Source of the DNA: Psammoneis japonica
Lineage: Eukaryota
Direction of reading: 5' to 3'
Assembly (NCBI GenBank): GCA_008632985.1
Contig: QPGO01000133.1
Coordinates: 1 to 64,000 of the forward strand
DNA: 64,000 nt
Shown here: one piece after another, positions 1 to 12,482 of the stretch
Numbering within the stretch: the first letter of the stretch is position 1
Layout of the letters: every line of letters starts with the position of its first letter
Position numbers and translations under genes: made by a program
The notes under the pieces: generated by a model
Seen by the model: the letters and a program-made list of their open reading frames with translations, nothing else
Told to the model about the DNA's origin: nothing
Databases searched by the model: none

Positions 1-438
1 CGAGTGTGGGCTCCTCTGAGTAATAAATGACATGATCCACCACCCTGGCGCCTTTACTAAACCAAGTCGTTTCACCCGTATCGACATTGTGTGCCGATGC
101 CCACTCGGTCGTCATGCCGTCAATGGATACCATGCGAATTCCGTTGTTGGCTTCGATATCGGATCCTTCCAACTGACATTCAATAGTGGATTTTTCGGTA
201 TTGTCCTCAAACCGTTCGATTTTTTGCAACAAGATGCAAGGATTTTTCAATTCAACTTCTTGGGTGTTTCGACCACGCAACTAAAGAACAAATAGAGGAG
301 CGAGTTTTGGTGAGCACAAGGCATAAGAACTTCAAACAGCACATCATTCGATACACTTTCGTTTCATACCCTTTTGGAAGTAGCAGCACATGGTTGCATC
401 AAGAGAGAAGCGGCGGCGATGAGAGTAAAGACCTTCAT
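1..438 (-). CDS. 5' part of a secreted protein, running off the window; possibly the N-terminal region of a gametolysin/peptidase M11-like protein (tentative)
   Basis: ATG at 438. Exon 1 (438-370) gives MKVFTLIAAASLLMQPCAATSKR, a signal peptide. GT-AG intron 369-281. Exon 2 (280-1) is open: LRGRNTQEVELKNPCILLQKIERFEDNTEKSTIECQLEGSD... The M11 assignment rests on recalled resemblance only. Confidence 0.65.
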
Positions 439-1613
439 GATGTTTGATGTTTGACAAAAATGAGAGAGTTTTTGCATTGAAAAATTGCTGCCGACCGGTG
501 GCACAGCGACGAATTTTGAACTGACGTGTTGTCCAACGGTGTCGGATCTCGTTATATAAAGCTAAATGTATGCATTATTTTTATTTATATGCATTGGCAT
601 CAAGTGCCGATATGTGTATATTCAAGTAAGTACTGACTTGAAGAAAGAATTGAAATTCCAAAATTAATCCACATCTAAACCTTGAATAAAATTCAATATT
701 CAACTCCGACTTGGACAATTGGCACAACGACCAAAGACACCAAACCTGCATCCAATCGTTGTCGGAGTTGGATTGGATTCATGCCAATCACAACAGACAC
801 AAATTCCCATGTGTTTCTCAACTACCAACGCCGGCAACGATTCAATACACCATGTGTCTTGTGGCTGCCATTCCAATGATTGGTGTGCCTACACTGGAGT
901 ACTGTACGACTGCAACAATGCCAACACGTCCTCGGCAGTTTGTTGGCGTCATTGTAACAGCTATAACAGAAATCATGAGCGATGCACATTCAACGCCATT
1001 GCGGCATTTTCAATCACATGATTTTCGATGTTATCTACAACCGCCACCACAACAAAGGAAAGCAAACACCAGACAACAAGACAATGGAAACCAACCATGT
1101 CTCGTCTGGATTGGAGTAAAGAGACATTTCCGTTTTCCAATGGCTCTATAGCAGCGTCTCATTACGGCAGAAAAGTGTGATGCATGTCCTGCACTTGTGC
1201 CGTATTAGGGAACGCCATGGTCGATCGATTGTTATTCGCGGCGACAACGGGAGGGGAAAAGCGCGGGAATAACTTATCTTATGACTCTAATTATTTTGAA
1301 TATTCAAATGCCAACTCCAGCCAATAGAAAGTACTCTAAATCGATAGTATCTTCATCAATATGGCGCAGTACGTAGGACAGTCCACTTCATGGACATACG
1401 GACAGTTGTTGTCGGAGGGAAGTTTTGAAGTTTCAACGCCCACACAAGATACGTAACGTCGGGGTTACGTACGTCAGTTGCGTGCTGATCTTGTTCCGTG
1501 TGGATGATGTGTGATGGCATCGCTGACCACACACTCACACATCATCAGGTCACAGTACAAAATCTAAAACACACATCATTCACAACAATACCCTATCATC
1601 ATCCACATTGAAA

Positions 1614-2570
1614 ATGAGATTCACGGCTGCTCTTGTTCTCGCGTGCATTGGCACTTCGTCGGCGTTTTCGCCGGTTGCCTTTACTCGTTCTGCATCGTCT
1701 GTTTCCAACACGGCCTTGTTTGATGTCTCGATTGCTCAAATCAAAGAGTTGCGTGAATTGACGGGTGCCGGCATGATGGATTGCAAAAAGGCTCTCAAGG
1801 AGACGGATGGCAATGTCGAGGAAGCCATTGAGCACATGCGCAAATCGGGTGCACTAAAGGCTGCCAAAAAGGCCACCAAGGTTGCCGCTGAAGGACAAAT
1901 ATTCATCAAGCAAAACGAAGACGGAAAGGCCGCCATGGTGGAAGTCAATTGCCAAACCGACTTTGTCGCCAAGGATGAGTCGTTTTGTGCCTTTGCCAAT
2001 AGTGTCGCTCAAGCTGCTATTGATGGTGAACTCAGTATTGAAGATCTCAAGGCTCAATTCGAGGACGAACGAGTCGCTCTTGTGGCCAAGATTGGTGAAA
2101 ACATTGATATTCGTCGTGTCGAGTACATCGAGGGCAGTCAGGTATCGGTCTATCTTCACAATGGAGGCAAGATTGGTGTCGTTGTGGCGGGAAGTGGCGA
2201 CGACGATACGCTCAAGGATCTTTGCATGCACGTGTGTGCCGCGACTCCGCAATTTTTGAGTCCATCGGACGTTCCCGAGGATGTCATTGAAAAGGAACGA
2301 GGCGTGCAAATGGAAATTGCCATGGGCGAGGGCAAACCCGAGGAGATTGCCGAGAAAATGGTCAAGGGACGCATGGCCAAGTTTACCGGGGAAGTGTCCT
2401 TGACCGGACAACCCTTTGTGCGGGAACCGAAAAAGACAGTTGCCAACATTTTGAAGGAAAAGGATACCGAAGTTACTGCCTTTAAGCGTCTTGAAGTTGG
2501 AGAGGGAATTGCCAAGGATGAGGGACCGAGCTTTGCCGAGGAAGTTGCGGCCATGGCGGGTGGTAATTAA
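1614..2570 (+). CDS. tsf: Translation elongation factor Ts with bipartite plastid-targeting presequence
   Basis: EF-Ts motifs [30 protein letters not shown] and RLEVGEGI. N-terminal [20 protein letters not shown] is a signal peptide plus ASAFAP-type cleavage, followed by a Ser/Thr-rich transit peptide. Intronless. Confidence 0.96.
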   Translation: MRFTAALVLACIGTSSAFSPVAFTRSASSVSNTALFDVSIAQIKELRELTGAGMMDCKKALKETDGNVEEAIEHMRKSGALKAAKKATKVAAEGQIFIKQNEDGKAAMVEVNCQTDFVAKDESFCAFANSVAQAAIDGELSIEDLKAQFEDERVALVAKIGENIDIRRVEYIEGSQVSVYLHNGGKIGVVVAGSGDDDTLKDLCMHVCAATPQFLSPSDVPEDVIEKERGVQMEIAMGEGKPEEIAEKMVKGRMAKFTGEVSLTGQPFVREPKKTVANILKEKDTEVTAFKRLEVGEGIAKDEGPSFAEEVAAMAGGN

Positions 2571-3065
2571 GGTATAAAATGACTAATAATTGAACTAGCA
2601 GAGCAGGTTGTCAGTTTTGTTCTTCGTCGTTTGATGGCTGAACAGCCAGTACAGCTAGGGTCAAGGCTGCAAGCTAGAGCGCAATCGGAAGTCGTCTTCA
2701 CAACAGATTGGAAATTTCACGCCAGAAACAGAAGCTGCGTAGAGATCCAGCAGAGGAAACAGGAAACAGAGTGAGCGAGCGACAGGGCCGCAGAATAGCA
2801 CTGTAACAGCTCAAGCCAGACCTCGCGTCCAACAACACATCTTCTGTGGACAGGTTAGGCCAGTATTTCCAAAAATATGGAACGCCCTACGACGTGTCTC
2901 CTACACAACATGTACGTTGAAGGAAAGAGAGTACCCATAAATTTCCGCCCCCTTAGATCCGCTTTTTCCGGCTTCGTTGACGCGAGTTGAGAAGACATCT
3001 TGTGAGCAAAAGATACACTACTGGATACGAAGATCGATCTTCTTAGCTTCAACCTCGACTCGACC

Positions 3066-4817
3066 ATGGCACCATTGCCAGATCTCCATCAAGCTCTTCT
3101 GAGAGGATGCAGCATTGACAGGATCCGAAAACTAGTGGAGCCGCATCCCGAACTCGTAAGAATCAGGGACAAAATTGGTGCGCTGCCAATCCATAGAGCG
3201 AGTCGATGCGACAACGAGGTTTTCAACTTGATTGCCGACAAGTACCCAGAAGGCATAAAAGCGACCGACAAACATGGAAACTTGCCGATTCATTATGCTT
3301 GTTGCATCAGAGATCTTAACACGATCACAATTCGTAACGTAGTTGACCGCTATCCCGATGGAGTCGAACATGAAAACAACCTCGGAGCTCTACCCATCCA
3401 CCACTTGTTTTTGCTCTCTTCAGGCAATGTTGACGTTGTGGAAATACTCGTCGACAGATATCCGGCGAGCTTTGAAAAGGCAAACGAAATCGGAAACCTC
3501 CCCATCCATTCGGCAGTTGCTGAAATAGGGCTTCAACGCAGTAATAAACGAGAAGATGTCAGGGTCGACGTGATCAGGGAATTGGTTGCGCGATGTCCCA
3601 GGAGCCTCAGGAAAGCCAACATTGAAGGAGATCTTCCCATTCACAACGCGGTACGATGCTTGTCTGATAGCACTACAAGTGCCAGTGCCATCAAGATAAT
3701 TTTGGATGGCTATCCCGAGGGTCTCACGAAATCAAACTTAGAAGGGCGTCTGCCTCTTCATGAAGCCGTGTTTGCATCCCTGAGCATAGACACACTTCGT
3801 TTGTTGATCGAGCGCTACCCAGAAAGTGTCACACTTGCTGACGATTGTGGGGATCTACCTCTGCACATAGCAGTGTCGCGTAGTTACGGACACGAAGTGC
3901 TGGAGGAATTGATTAGCAAACATCGTGAGGCTTTAAAGTGCAAAAACAAGAAGGGCAGCTTGCCGATTCACCAGGTGCATCCGGAAGACACTCGTACGTT
4001 GTTGCTTCTTGCAAAGCATTACCCACATGGACTGAAAGTACGTGATCTTGATGGCAAAACTCCAATCGCCACATTTTGCATTCAATCCAGACTTCCGAAA
4101 TACAAATCCGTCATTGTGGACAAACTCTTCTCGATTATCACTTCCGAGAATACGAAACTAAAAGAGTCCCTTGACACTGTTAAAGCCGAGAAAGCGGCCT
4201 TAGACGACTTGCTTGCGACAGTCAAGGACGAGAAGTTGGCCTTAGAGGATTCGGTCGCGATATTGATGGCACAAGAAAACGAAGTTGAAGGCAAGCTATC
4301 GTCTGAGAAAGCCAAGACTGAAAAACTTCAGAATGAAAAAACGTCGGTAGAATGCAAGCTCGACGCCATGACGAAAAGCGCTGCCGAATCGAGGAAGTCG
4401 GAGCGAGCCACCATTGCCATGTTCAGTCGAGACGACAGTACAAGCGCATCGCTCGAAACGTTGAAAGTGATTGCCAAGAGCCTTAAGTGTCGTCTCGATG
4501 CATTCAAAGCCAAGGTTGAACCTCACAGCAAGCCATCCATGGCTCAAATCGTGCTTCCAAGCATCCACTGGGATCCCCACCTGTCCAAGGCTACAGTTCT
4601 TCAAGTGATTGAAAGCCTTGATGCAGAACTGGCCCAAGTCGAAAGCAAATATGTTGGAGACGGTGAAACTGACACGAACGGCACAGATGGCGGCAGCGCT
4701 GCTCATGTGGCTGGAAGTAGGTCGGTGGACTCCGCATCTCTTGATACTCCCGCACCTTCTGCGAAGCGCGCTCGAGTTTCGCCTTCTCCTGCCTTGGCGG
4801 AAGAGTGCTCAGTGTAG
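3066..4817 (+). CDS. Ankyrin-repeat protein with C-terminal coiled coil
   Basis: About 9 repeats of GxLP(I/L)HxA...L+++YP, a heptad-rich region, and a C-terminal PSAKRAR NLS-like motif. Confidence 0.88.
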   Translation: MAPLPDLHQALLRGCSIDRIRKLVEPHPELVRIRDKIGALPIHRASRCDNEVFNLIADKYPEGIKATDKHGNLPIHYACCIRDLNTITIRNVVDRYPDGVEHENNLGALPIHHLFLLSSGNVDVVEILVDRYPASFEKANEIGNLPIHSAVAEIGLQRSNKREDVRVDVIRELVARCPRSLRKANIEGDLPIHNAVRCLSDSTTSASAIKIILDGYPEGLTKSNLEGRLPLHEAVFASLSIDTLRLLIERYPESVTLADDCGDLPLHIAVSRSYGHEVLEELISKHREALKCKNKKGSLPIHQVHPEDTRTLLLLAKHYPHGLKVRDLDGKTPIATFCIQSRLPKYKSVIVDKLFSIITSENTKLKESLDTVKAEKAALDDLLATVKDEKLALEDSVAILMAQENEVEGKLSSEKAKTEKLQNEKTSVECKLDAMTKSAAESRKSERATIAMFSRDDSTSASLETLKVIAKSLKCRLDAFKAKVEPHSKPSMAQIVLPSIHWDPHLSKATVLQVIESLDAELAQVESKYVGDGETDTNGTDGGSAAHVAGSRSVDSASLDTPAPSAKRARVSPSPALAEECSV

Positions 4818-5099
4818 GTGGACGTGCCGCGCCCCACACATGGTTTCAGTCCTTTGATGGCAGAAAACGAGTTGTTGTTGGGTTTGGTCCTTCTTATTGC
4901 AAAACGGATCATTTGCGAAGGGCAATCGAACCTAAGCTCTGTAGTGACACAAACTCTCTAGCTAGTGAGCAGTTTGCACATGCACGCGTCACTCATTCCC
5001 AGCATTTCGTGCAGGAATCTTTCAATGTTGAGTGTCTTCTTCCATTGTTTCTTGTTCCCACAGCATTGATTCGAGAAGGAGGGTAAAAAGAATCGATCT

Positions 5100-7180
5100 T
5101 TCGACCTCTTGTGTGCTGCAGACCAGTCTTGTGGGATTTCTGTCTAAAATGAAAAGTCCATGAGATGAGAAATGTGTTGTTTGCATCCAACGCCATGTGG
5201 GGAAATCAAAGTGTGTCAGCGCCCTCACCACATGGGTGCAGGACACATCCAGAGTTGGGTGCACTGACTCAGTGGATGGGTCGGTGACCAGATCCTCTCA
5301 ACTGAGATCTTTGCTTGCTCTCCAATGCCTGGTGCTGCCTGTTGTTGTTGCACACATCATGGGCGCCAGACGGGAAGACCCTGCAAGGTCATGTCTCCCT
5401 TTTGGCGATGCTTCCTCTGCATTGGCTGGGACACATCATGTTGACAAGAGGCAGATCAAGCACCTCAACTCACATTGAGCAAGGGCCCAGCAGCAGTGTG
5501 CCAGCATGCCATTCTTTCAAGGACTCTCATCAATGATGACTGGGCCTGATCCCAAGCCTTCTTTCTTGTGCCATGTGCCAGAGACTGCCGATGTCAGTTT
5601 TCTTGCACAGCAATGATCATGAGCTTGGAGATGTGTGGGTGTCTTGTGCATGGGGGAAGGGCCTTTCAAGCCCCTTTTGAACAAAGAGAGCACAAAGAAG
5701 CTGGTGTGATGAGAGATGGTTGCTTTTGTTGTTGCTGAGAAATGCAGCAGAGAGATTGACCCCCATTGCTCTTGCACATTTTTTGTCAAAACACCTCTTC
5801 CAACACTCTCTCCAAGGATTTGTCATTCCCACAAAAAGCTGCTGCGGGTGAAAGACTGACAACAAAGGGTTTTGAAGTGACGGGGTTGTTTCACACAGGG
5901 GGGTTTTGAAATGACAAAATCTTGCCACGCAGCATGAAGGCAAAACTCAAAATGCCAAGTGCAAATTTCCTCAAAACACAAAACCTGAAAGAGAAAAGAG
6001 AATGCTCTCAAAGGGTTCTGACAAGGAAATTTCCATGCCAGATCCACATGAGATGCAAAGAGCAAAACAATGCACAGCATGTTGCTGGTTGCTGAGCTTG
6101 ACAATTTGGCATGATGTTTCAACCTGATCATTTGCAACAAATGCCCAGAGAAAAGTGATTGAGCCACAAAAGACCTGTGCTCCACAAACTTGCCAACTCA
6201 TCATTTAGAGCACAAAGCTTGAGTTGCAACACAGCTCAAAACTTGCCTTGGTTGGCTGGTGTCATGACAGAGAACAAAAATCCAAAAGCAGCGGTGTGCC
6301 CATCCCTTGACTGCATGCCATGCTCTTTGTTGTGCGATGAAAAGTTCTCCAAATTCCTTCTGAAAAAGCACAAGCTGTCCAGCAACATTCGCAGCATTGC
6401 ACCCAGCAAGAACAAGGGGGCAAACACAATCTCTTTGCATGCCACCAGCTTCTTGGCTGTTGGTTGGAAGCACACTTGTTGCCCAGACACTGCAAGCTCC
6501 AGCCATGTGCCCAAATTCAGCCAGCACCAAACTTGTGAAGAAAACCTTTTGAGGTGGCTGTCAAAGAGCACCCACAACCTGGGGCTGGAGCAGGCCAAAA
6601 ATGGGCTGGCTGCCACAGATTCCCCTGGGGATTGTCCCTGGGATTCCCAGCAACAGTGCAAAATGGGCCCTTGTCCAGAGAAGTTCTGAAGTTTCCAGGA
6701 GTTTTGTGCTGAACCCCTCTCTCATTGTGCGGGGCTTGCTTGGGGTGGCCTTGCAGAAGGGTGGGGTGGCTCTCAGTCAAACAAACAGCGATGGTCCTGT
6801 GGTGCAAGCAAGACCCACACCCCCGTTGTCAACAAAGCTTCTTGCAGCAATTCCCAATGTTTTGCCAACTGATTTGGGCTGACTCCCAGCTTGCTCTGGC
6901 CAGCAGACAAGTTGTTGTTTAAACTCATTGGTTGTCGCGGCCGCTGCCCTGCTTGCTTCTGCTTCAGCAAAACCAAAATGATGTCACAGCGCTTGCACAG
7001 CGAGCGAGTTGTTGCCGATCTGAAATTTTGCTCCCCCTCTTTGGTTCCCCCGTCGCCAGCTGCCCCGCTTTCCTGCAAGTCAATGATGTGATGACCTGTC
7101 GTGCCCCCCCCCCCCCTGCGCCCCACACGGACAACCGACATGTGACATGATGTGGAGAAAAAAGCGAAGGAAACGTTGAT
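5100..7180. other. TpA- and CpG-depleted degenerate repeat-derived block
   Basis: Only a handful of TA in about 2 kb (e.g. CTAA ~5144, TTAG ~6205, TTAA ~6919); TG/CA-rich. The right end (~7005-7040) matches ~15705-15740. Confidence 0.8.
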
Positions 7181-7276
7181 GAATGTACGGCAAAGTTCAA
7201 GAGTGACAGTAGTTGGTGCTGTTGTTGCAGTCGCTCTTGTTTGTATCCTTTTCATTTGTCAGCATACGGTATAACA

Positions 7277-7888
7277 ATGGTATATGTGGTTGGAAGCGAA
7301 TACAACAATGAAGAACAAGAGATTGAAATTGACGTCAACAGCTCGCAAGCATCAGGCCCAGTGAGTTCGTCTCGTCGCCTCGAATTTATCCTTGAGCTTG
7401 TCGGTATCCCGTCGGACGATTTGCCACTAGTACTTGAGAAAGCCAAGGACATGGGCCTGACGGCAGATGATTTGGGATTTATTGAACAACAAGATGTGGA
7501 TTCGCTCTTGTCGGAATGCAGTAGCTTGCAAAGGCGAAAGTTTGTGCAAGTATGTGAATATCTCAAGCACGGTGGTACTTTGGCGCATGGCATGACCATG
7601 ACGGATGTGTACGATAAGAATAAAAAAGTTGAGGAAATAGATAATCAAGAAGAAGAAAAACAAGAAGAGAAGGAAGAAGAAACGCCACCTTCGGCTACAA
7701 GCGCTACGAGTCCCTCTGCAGCGGATGTTCCTTCTTCCACGCAACAAAACTCCGCTCCCAACAAAAATTACTTTGACAACGCCTCAAAGGCATTCAACCA
7801 AATACCTCAGCAGCTTCGAAAGTGGCAACGATTCAAAAGACAGTTGCGTGGTATTGTGAATGCGCTCAAGGGATGTTTTAAATTCTAG
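7277..7888 (+). CDS. Hypothetical protein with small helical domain and acidic linker; intact paralog of the pseudogene at 15936
   Basis: ATG at 7277 in ACAATG context, open frame, normal TA content. A degenerate duplicate lies at 15936-16550. Confidence 0.7.
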   Translation: MVYVVGSEYNNEEQEIEIDVNSSQASGPVSSSRRLEFILELVGIPSDDLPLVLEKAKDMGLTADDLGFIEQQDVDSLLSECSSLQRRKFVQVCEYLKHGGTLAHGMTMTDVYDKNKKVEEIDNQEEEKQEEKEEETPPSATSATSPSAADVPSSTQQNSAPNKNYFDNASKAFNQIPQQLRKWQRFKRQLRGIVNALKGCFKF

Positions 7889-8209
7889 CTAACGAGCTGG
7901 CCCTTGGAACTGTATGAAAATCAAATTCTCTCTAGTTTAATGAAGATAGATCCCAGCTCACTAGATTGACCTTTACAAGAGAAGTCGGAGGTTTAAAAGG
8001 CTTCGTTTCAACATGTTCGATTTCACGGCTTGTAACCCGATGTTTGTCTCAGAGCTATGAAGTGGTCAAGTGCCGACTTTTGTTACAGAGAACACACTGT
8101 AACACTCCACTTTGTTGATCGCATCGGGTGGTTTATTTTTCAATTTGTGAGGCTCACGAGTAGTGGAAAGGAACAGCTGCTACGGCACAATGCTGTAGAT
8201 TTCACCGTC

Positions 8210-9960
8210 CATTGAAAATTCGCTCGTGCTCACACACGAATTTCGAATGTCTCCGACACAACTGGAGGCATGCTTCTTCCTGTGTGTTTGTTTGCACTCT
8301 TCGTCACATCTTGGCAGGTCTTTAGAAAGTGACGTGTGAAAAGAAAATGACAACGCACAACAAGTTGACAATGCCTGTTCAAAGCATTTGACAACGCACG
8401 TGCCTGTTCACACACATGATGCAAACCAAAAACAAAGAGCAGAGAAGCGATGGCATTCACCTCATTTCTTTCTGCTTGTTTGACAGGCATTGAGGTGTCA
8501 ATGAAGCAGATTTCTTCTGGCAACGAGAAAGACTCTTGTGGCAAGGCAATCAATGGAGGCGATCCTTTTGGACCTGCTCCAGCTGCAAAAAGTGCATGCC
8601 ACATTCTGCAACAACACAACAACAACAACAACAACTCACACAGATGGGAGCCTGAATTTGACATTTGAGCAGCAGTTGTGTCTGGCAAATCTGATGTAGA
8701 CTTTCCTCCCTTGAAGATTTTTTGCTGCTTCTTTCCTCAGATTTTTGCTCATTTTGAAGTGCCGGCTGCCACCCTTGTTGCTTGAAGATCATGGACAATG
8801 AAAAGAGAAATCTTTGGAAATTGATTTTTGTGAGAAAATGATGGCACAATGCATGTTGCTGTTTTTCAGATGCATTTGAGAGACTGTTTTGCTGCTGCCT
8901 CTTTTGTTGGGCGCCTTGCATTTTGAGGAAGAAGTGTGTCTGTGCTGCTCTCATCATGTGAGGAGCTCACAAAGAAAAAGCTTGTCATGATTGGCCATCC
9001 TGTGTGAGAGTCTTGAGTGAACAAAAAGACAACACCAAAATGGTGGCACCAAAGCTCGATGGCTGTGGAGCCACCAGGTGATTTGAAAGGTGCTTGTGCA
9101 GAGTCAACACAAACCTTTGCAAAAATTGCAATGCTCAAACTGTGGGTGCTGTGCCTTAGAATGAAGTCAATTGGCCACAACACCTGGGTGTCACTGGCAT
9201 TGTTGCTCCACTTTGCAATTTTGGATCCATCGCACTTGTGCCCAGGCTTCTCAATCATTGCACACCCCCAAAGCTGAGCACCCAGCCACTCTTTTGTTCA
9301 TGACAAAATTGGTGTGTTTGAGCACCAACTCATCATCAAAGCAAAAGTGTCACCCACAACAACTTGAGCTGCAGACAATGATGCACACACCAACACACCA
9401 CAGAGGCTCGCGCTGTTGTTTGTGTCTCCAGCACCAAGCTGGCAAGCTGGGCACAGCAGAAGCCAAAGAACCCTGCTTTGCAGTTTGAGAGTGTGAGAAA
9501 AAGTGGCACAAAAAAGCTGAGTCAAAAGGATCATGTCCGTGCAACACAACAGAGCAGCAAAATCCAAGCTCCAACAAAGAGGCTTTGCACTTGCTTTGTG
9601 CCAACAAAGCCGGCGCCAGGTTGCTTTTTCCTCATTTTTTGTTGCTTCTTTCCTCAGATCTGTTCATTGTCAAGTGCTGGAAGTCATTCTCACCATTGCT
9701 TGGGGGGTGCAGGAAATGAAAGAAAAATCTTCAGGAAGCAATTTTTGGCAAGAAAACGATTGGAAGCTGTGCACACAGCTGCTTTTGCTCTTTGAGCCAC
9801 TGCTTTTCTGTTTCTTCTGCTGCATCTGACTGTTTTTAACAACCCCCCCCAGATTCATCCACTCATCAACAATGCTGAGAAGAAAGATGAGGTTAAAAAA
9901 ACATTGTTCAGAGCTTGCAAGTGACAGCTGCAAGAGGAGTCTCCGGTTTTTCTTTGCCGA
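8210..9960. other. TpA/CpG-depleted degenerate block (unidentified repeat relic)
   Basis: TA and CG are nearly absent; contains a (CAA)n run at ~8610-8635. Confidence 0.75.
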
Positions 9961-9972
9961 GTGCTGTAAGCC

Positions 9973-10015
9973 GCGATCCAACGCGCTTGTCGACCCACGA
10001 CTCAAAATCCGCACG
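9973..10015 (+). promoter_or_regulatory. Upstream motif GCGATCCAACGC..TCGACCCACGACTCAAAATCCGC shared by three loci
   Basis: Near-identical copy at 17106-17146 and a degenerate copy at ~14062-14115, each about 100-150 bp upstream of a gene or pseudogene start. Confidence 0.45.
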
Positions 10016-10120
10016 TATCATGTCGTGTTCAGTGTGGTCGTGTGATGTGCGATTTGGCTTCTCATCATGTCTCACGTCTCATACTCCATACAAACACGGA
10101 CTCAACCAGCAACCATCATC

Positions 10121-12482
10121 ATGGAGATTGGCAATAGCACCGACCCCGCTACGAGAAGAGGCCGCGTAGATGACATTGATTTGAAGTTGGCCGAACAAGA
10201 TACAGTTCTCTGTGGTTCAAACTTTAACGAGTACGAAACTGCCGTGAATGGCAACCTTCAGTTCAACCCGAACAGCAGTTTGCGCACTATTGACTGGCAT
10301 CGTTTTGGGACCATTCTGCCCGTTCCAGATAGCAGTAGTAATGGCCCACCTTGCAACTTTTCCGTTTTGTATCAAAACGGCCAGTCGTTCGTGGCGACTG
10401 TCGACGATTTGCTGAGTGATACAGAAATTGACCAGATCCTCGCCCAGTCGTGGCAGCCACAACATTATCACTACAATCGCAGTGATCGAGCTATTGTTAT
10501 CGACGAAGCCTTTTCGCACTTGTTGTGGAATCGTCTGGAAGGCACGATAGCTCAAATCGAAGAGCGCGTCGAGCAAGTGCAGCCGCTTGGATTTGGAACC
10601 TCCGGTGTCCACTGGAAGCTACAAAAATTAAACCCAGCTATACGAATCAACTCATACAGGCCTGGCCAAAGCTTTGCCATTCACCGTGATGCGCAGTTTT
10701 CGGAATCTCGAACCAGTCGATCCGTCTTTGGTCTTTTGGTCTATCTTAGTGACGCCTTTCGCATCGGAGGGAGACACGATTCTCTATTCCTCAAAACAGT
10801 AACGGCATCCTACTTCCAAACTCACCCCTGTCGGTTGCCGAAGAACTTGAATTCTATGCCGAGAACGGCATTGTTATGGAAGAAGTGAGCGTGACGCCTG
10901 CGCGGGGACGTTGCGTCATATTTTCTCATGATTTACTGCACGAGTCCCTGCCACTATTACAAGTCACGGCGGTGCACTGGACGGTGATGAAGCTCAGAAA
11001 GTCGTGTTGAGAACCGACATTGTCGCTACTTGCAGTGGCAATCCAATGTTCATGACACGAGACGAAGTACAGGACTATCAACGTTCGTTGGATCTATTCA
11101 CTAGAGCAGAAGAGATTGAACTCGAGTACAGTCGCTACTGCTGGACCCAGGCTCTCTTTGATCACGCGAGCTCGGACTCTGAAGACGAGTACTTGTACCC
11201 GGTTAATAAACCGGAGCGATTCTCTGAAAAGAGCTCTCAGGAGTTTTACGAGAAGTCTCTGTACTTACGGTACAGATATCCGAAGGCGTTGAAGAACCAT
11301 TCCATTCCAGACCACACATTACTGGAAAAGACTCTAAGAGACCTCGGTGAAGGCCCGCTTGTAAAGTCATGTCGTTCCTTACTCTGGCAGAAAGGCTCAG
11401 CTTACCGTGTTGTGTCCATCCTTGACGAAGGAGTTCCGTGCATCGGAGAACCTTGTTGACCGAGACGCGCAAGCGTTTTCTGCCGCAAATCCTATAGAAA
11501 TGGGCGAGCCAGGTCCATCAGATACGAATCACCGACGATCGATCCAATTAACTGTTCGCTCAACGGAAGACTTTCACGAACATTATGAAGCCTGGTGTCG
11601 CGTGGCTACTGTCTTGGTCCTGTACAAAATGACACATGCGTTTGCTGCTCCGAGTAAACGTCCTTGGTACTGTGCCAGATTCATGCCACAGACGGGGCAA
11701 GTGCTTGCTGTGCCGCTAGAAAGACTGATTTACGATGCATTCATGAACCAAAAGGGATGTGGGGCGATTTTTGCGGTTGAAAAGCAGACTGGGGACGAGG
11801 ATTTCAGAAGAGACTTTGAAGCTTCAGTGGATAGAAGTATTATGCTTCGGGATTTTGGAGTTGAATTTACTGGCCAGAACGTATTTGAGCACGTGTCTGT
11901 TGAAATTGGGAGAGCCCCAACGACGGACAACTTGACGAGAGACGTTAACGTTACGACCCCTTTTCTTGCTATACGGGGATACGTCGGCGATCATTTCGAT
12001 GGGAAAAAGGGGTTGGACTGGCTTCCACCTAAAGGGCGCACCGGTCCTGGGAGGCGCTGCGTTTTCTCTTCTTGTACGCGCCAAGGGCGTTTTAATCTCG
12101 AGGATCACTGCAACATTGATTTGTTCGGTGCTACTCTATCAGCGGAAGGGTTAGAGTCCAGAGAAGACCATGTCTTCAATCAATGCATCTTTGATTTTGA
12201 AAGACATGAGCTCAAAATAACAACATCAACCGATGACGACGCAATGTTGTCTATTCGGTAGATTTTGAGCCGATTGCTAGGAATGTCGCCCCATTCTATC
12301 ATGCAGCGGCTTACCACGGCCATGTTGACTTGGGCATCTCTACAAAGATGCTTTTTACTCCCATACGTTCGGCATATTATAATAACGAAAAGACCATTCG
12401 TGTGAAAGCGAACGAAATTGGAGAATCGGAATGGGTCGTCAATGTGGACTGGGACCTGAACTTCTTCGAAATTGTCTTGTAG
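10121..12482 (+). pseudogene. 2OG-Fe(II) oxygenase (prolyl-4-hydroxylase-like) with long C-terminal extension; at least 4 frameshifts (pseudogene or assembly errors)
   Basis: LNPAIRINSYRPGQSFAIHRD (HxD), then GETRF, PARGRCVIFSHDLLHE and VLRTDIV in successive frames. Frame changes near 10770, 10960-11000, 11400 and 12255; final stop at 12480-12482. Confidence 0.75.

Noticed and set aside
682..1151. Short ORFs between the first gene and tsf
   Set aside because: No recognisable domain or consistent frame.
1614..2570. Bacterial contamination
   Set aside because: The gene carries a eukaryotic bipartite presequence, sits near an intron-containing gene, and lacks rpsB/pyrH neighbours.
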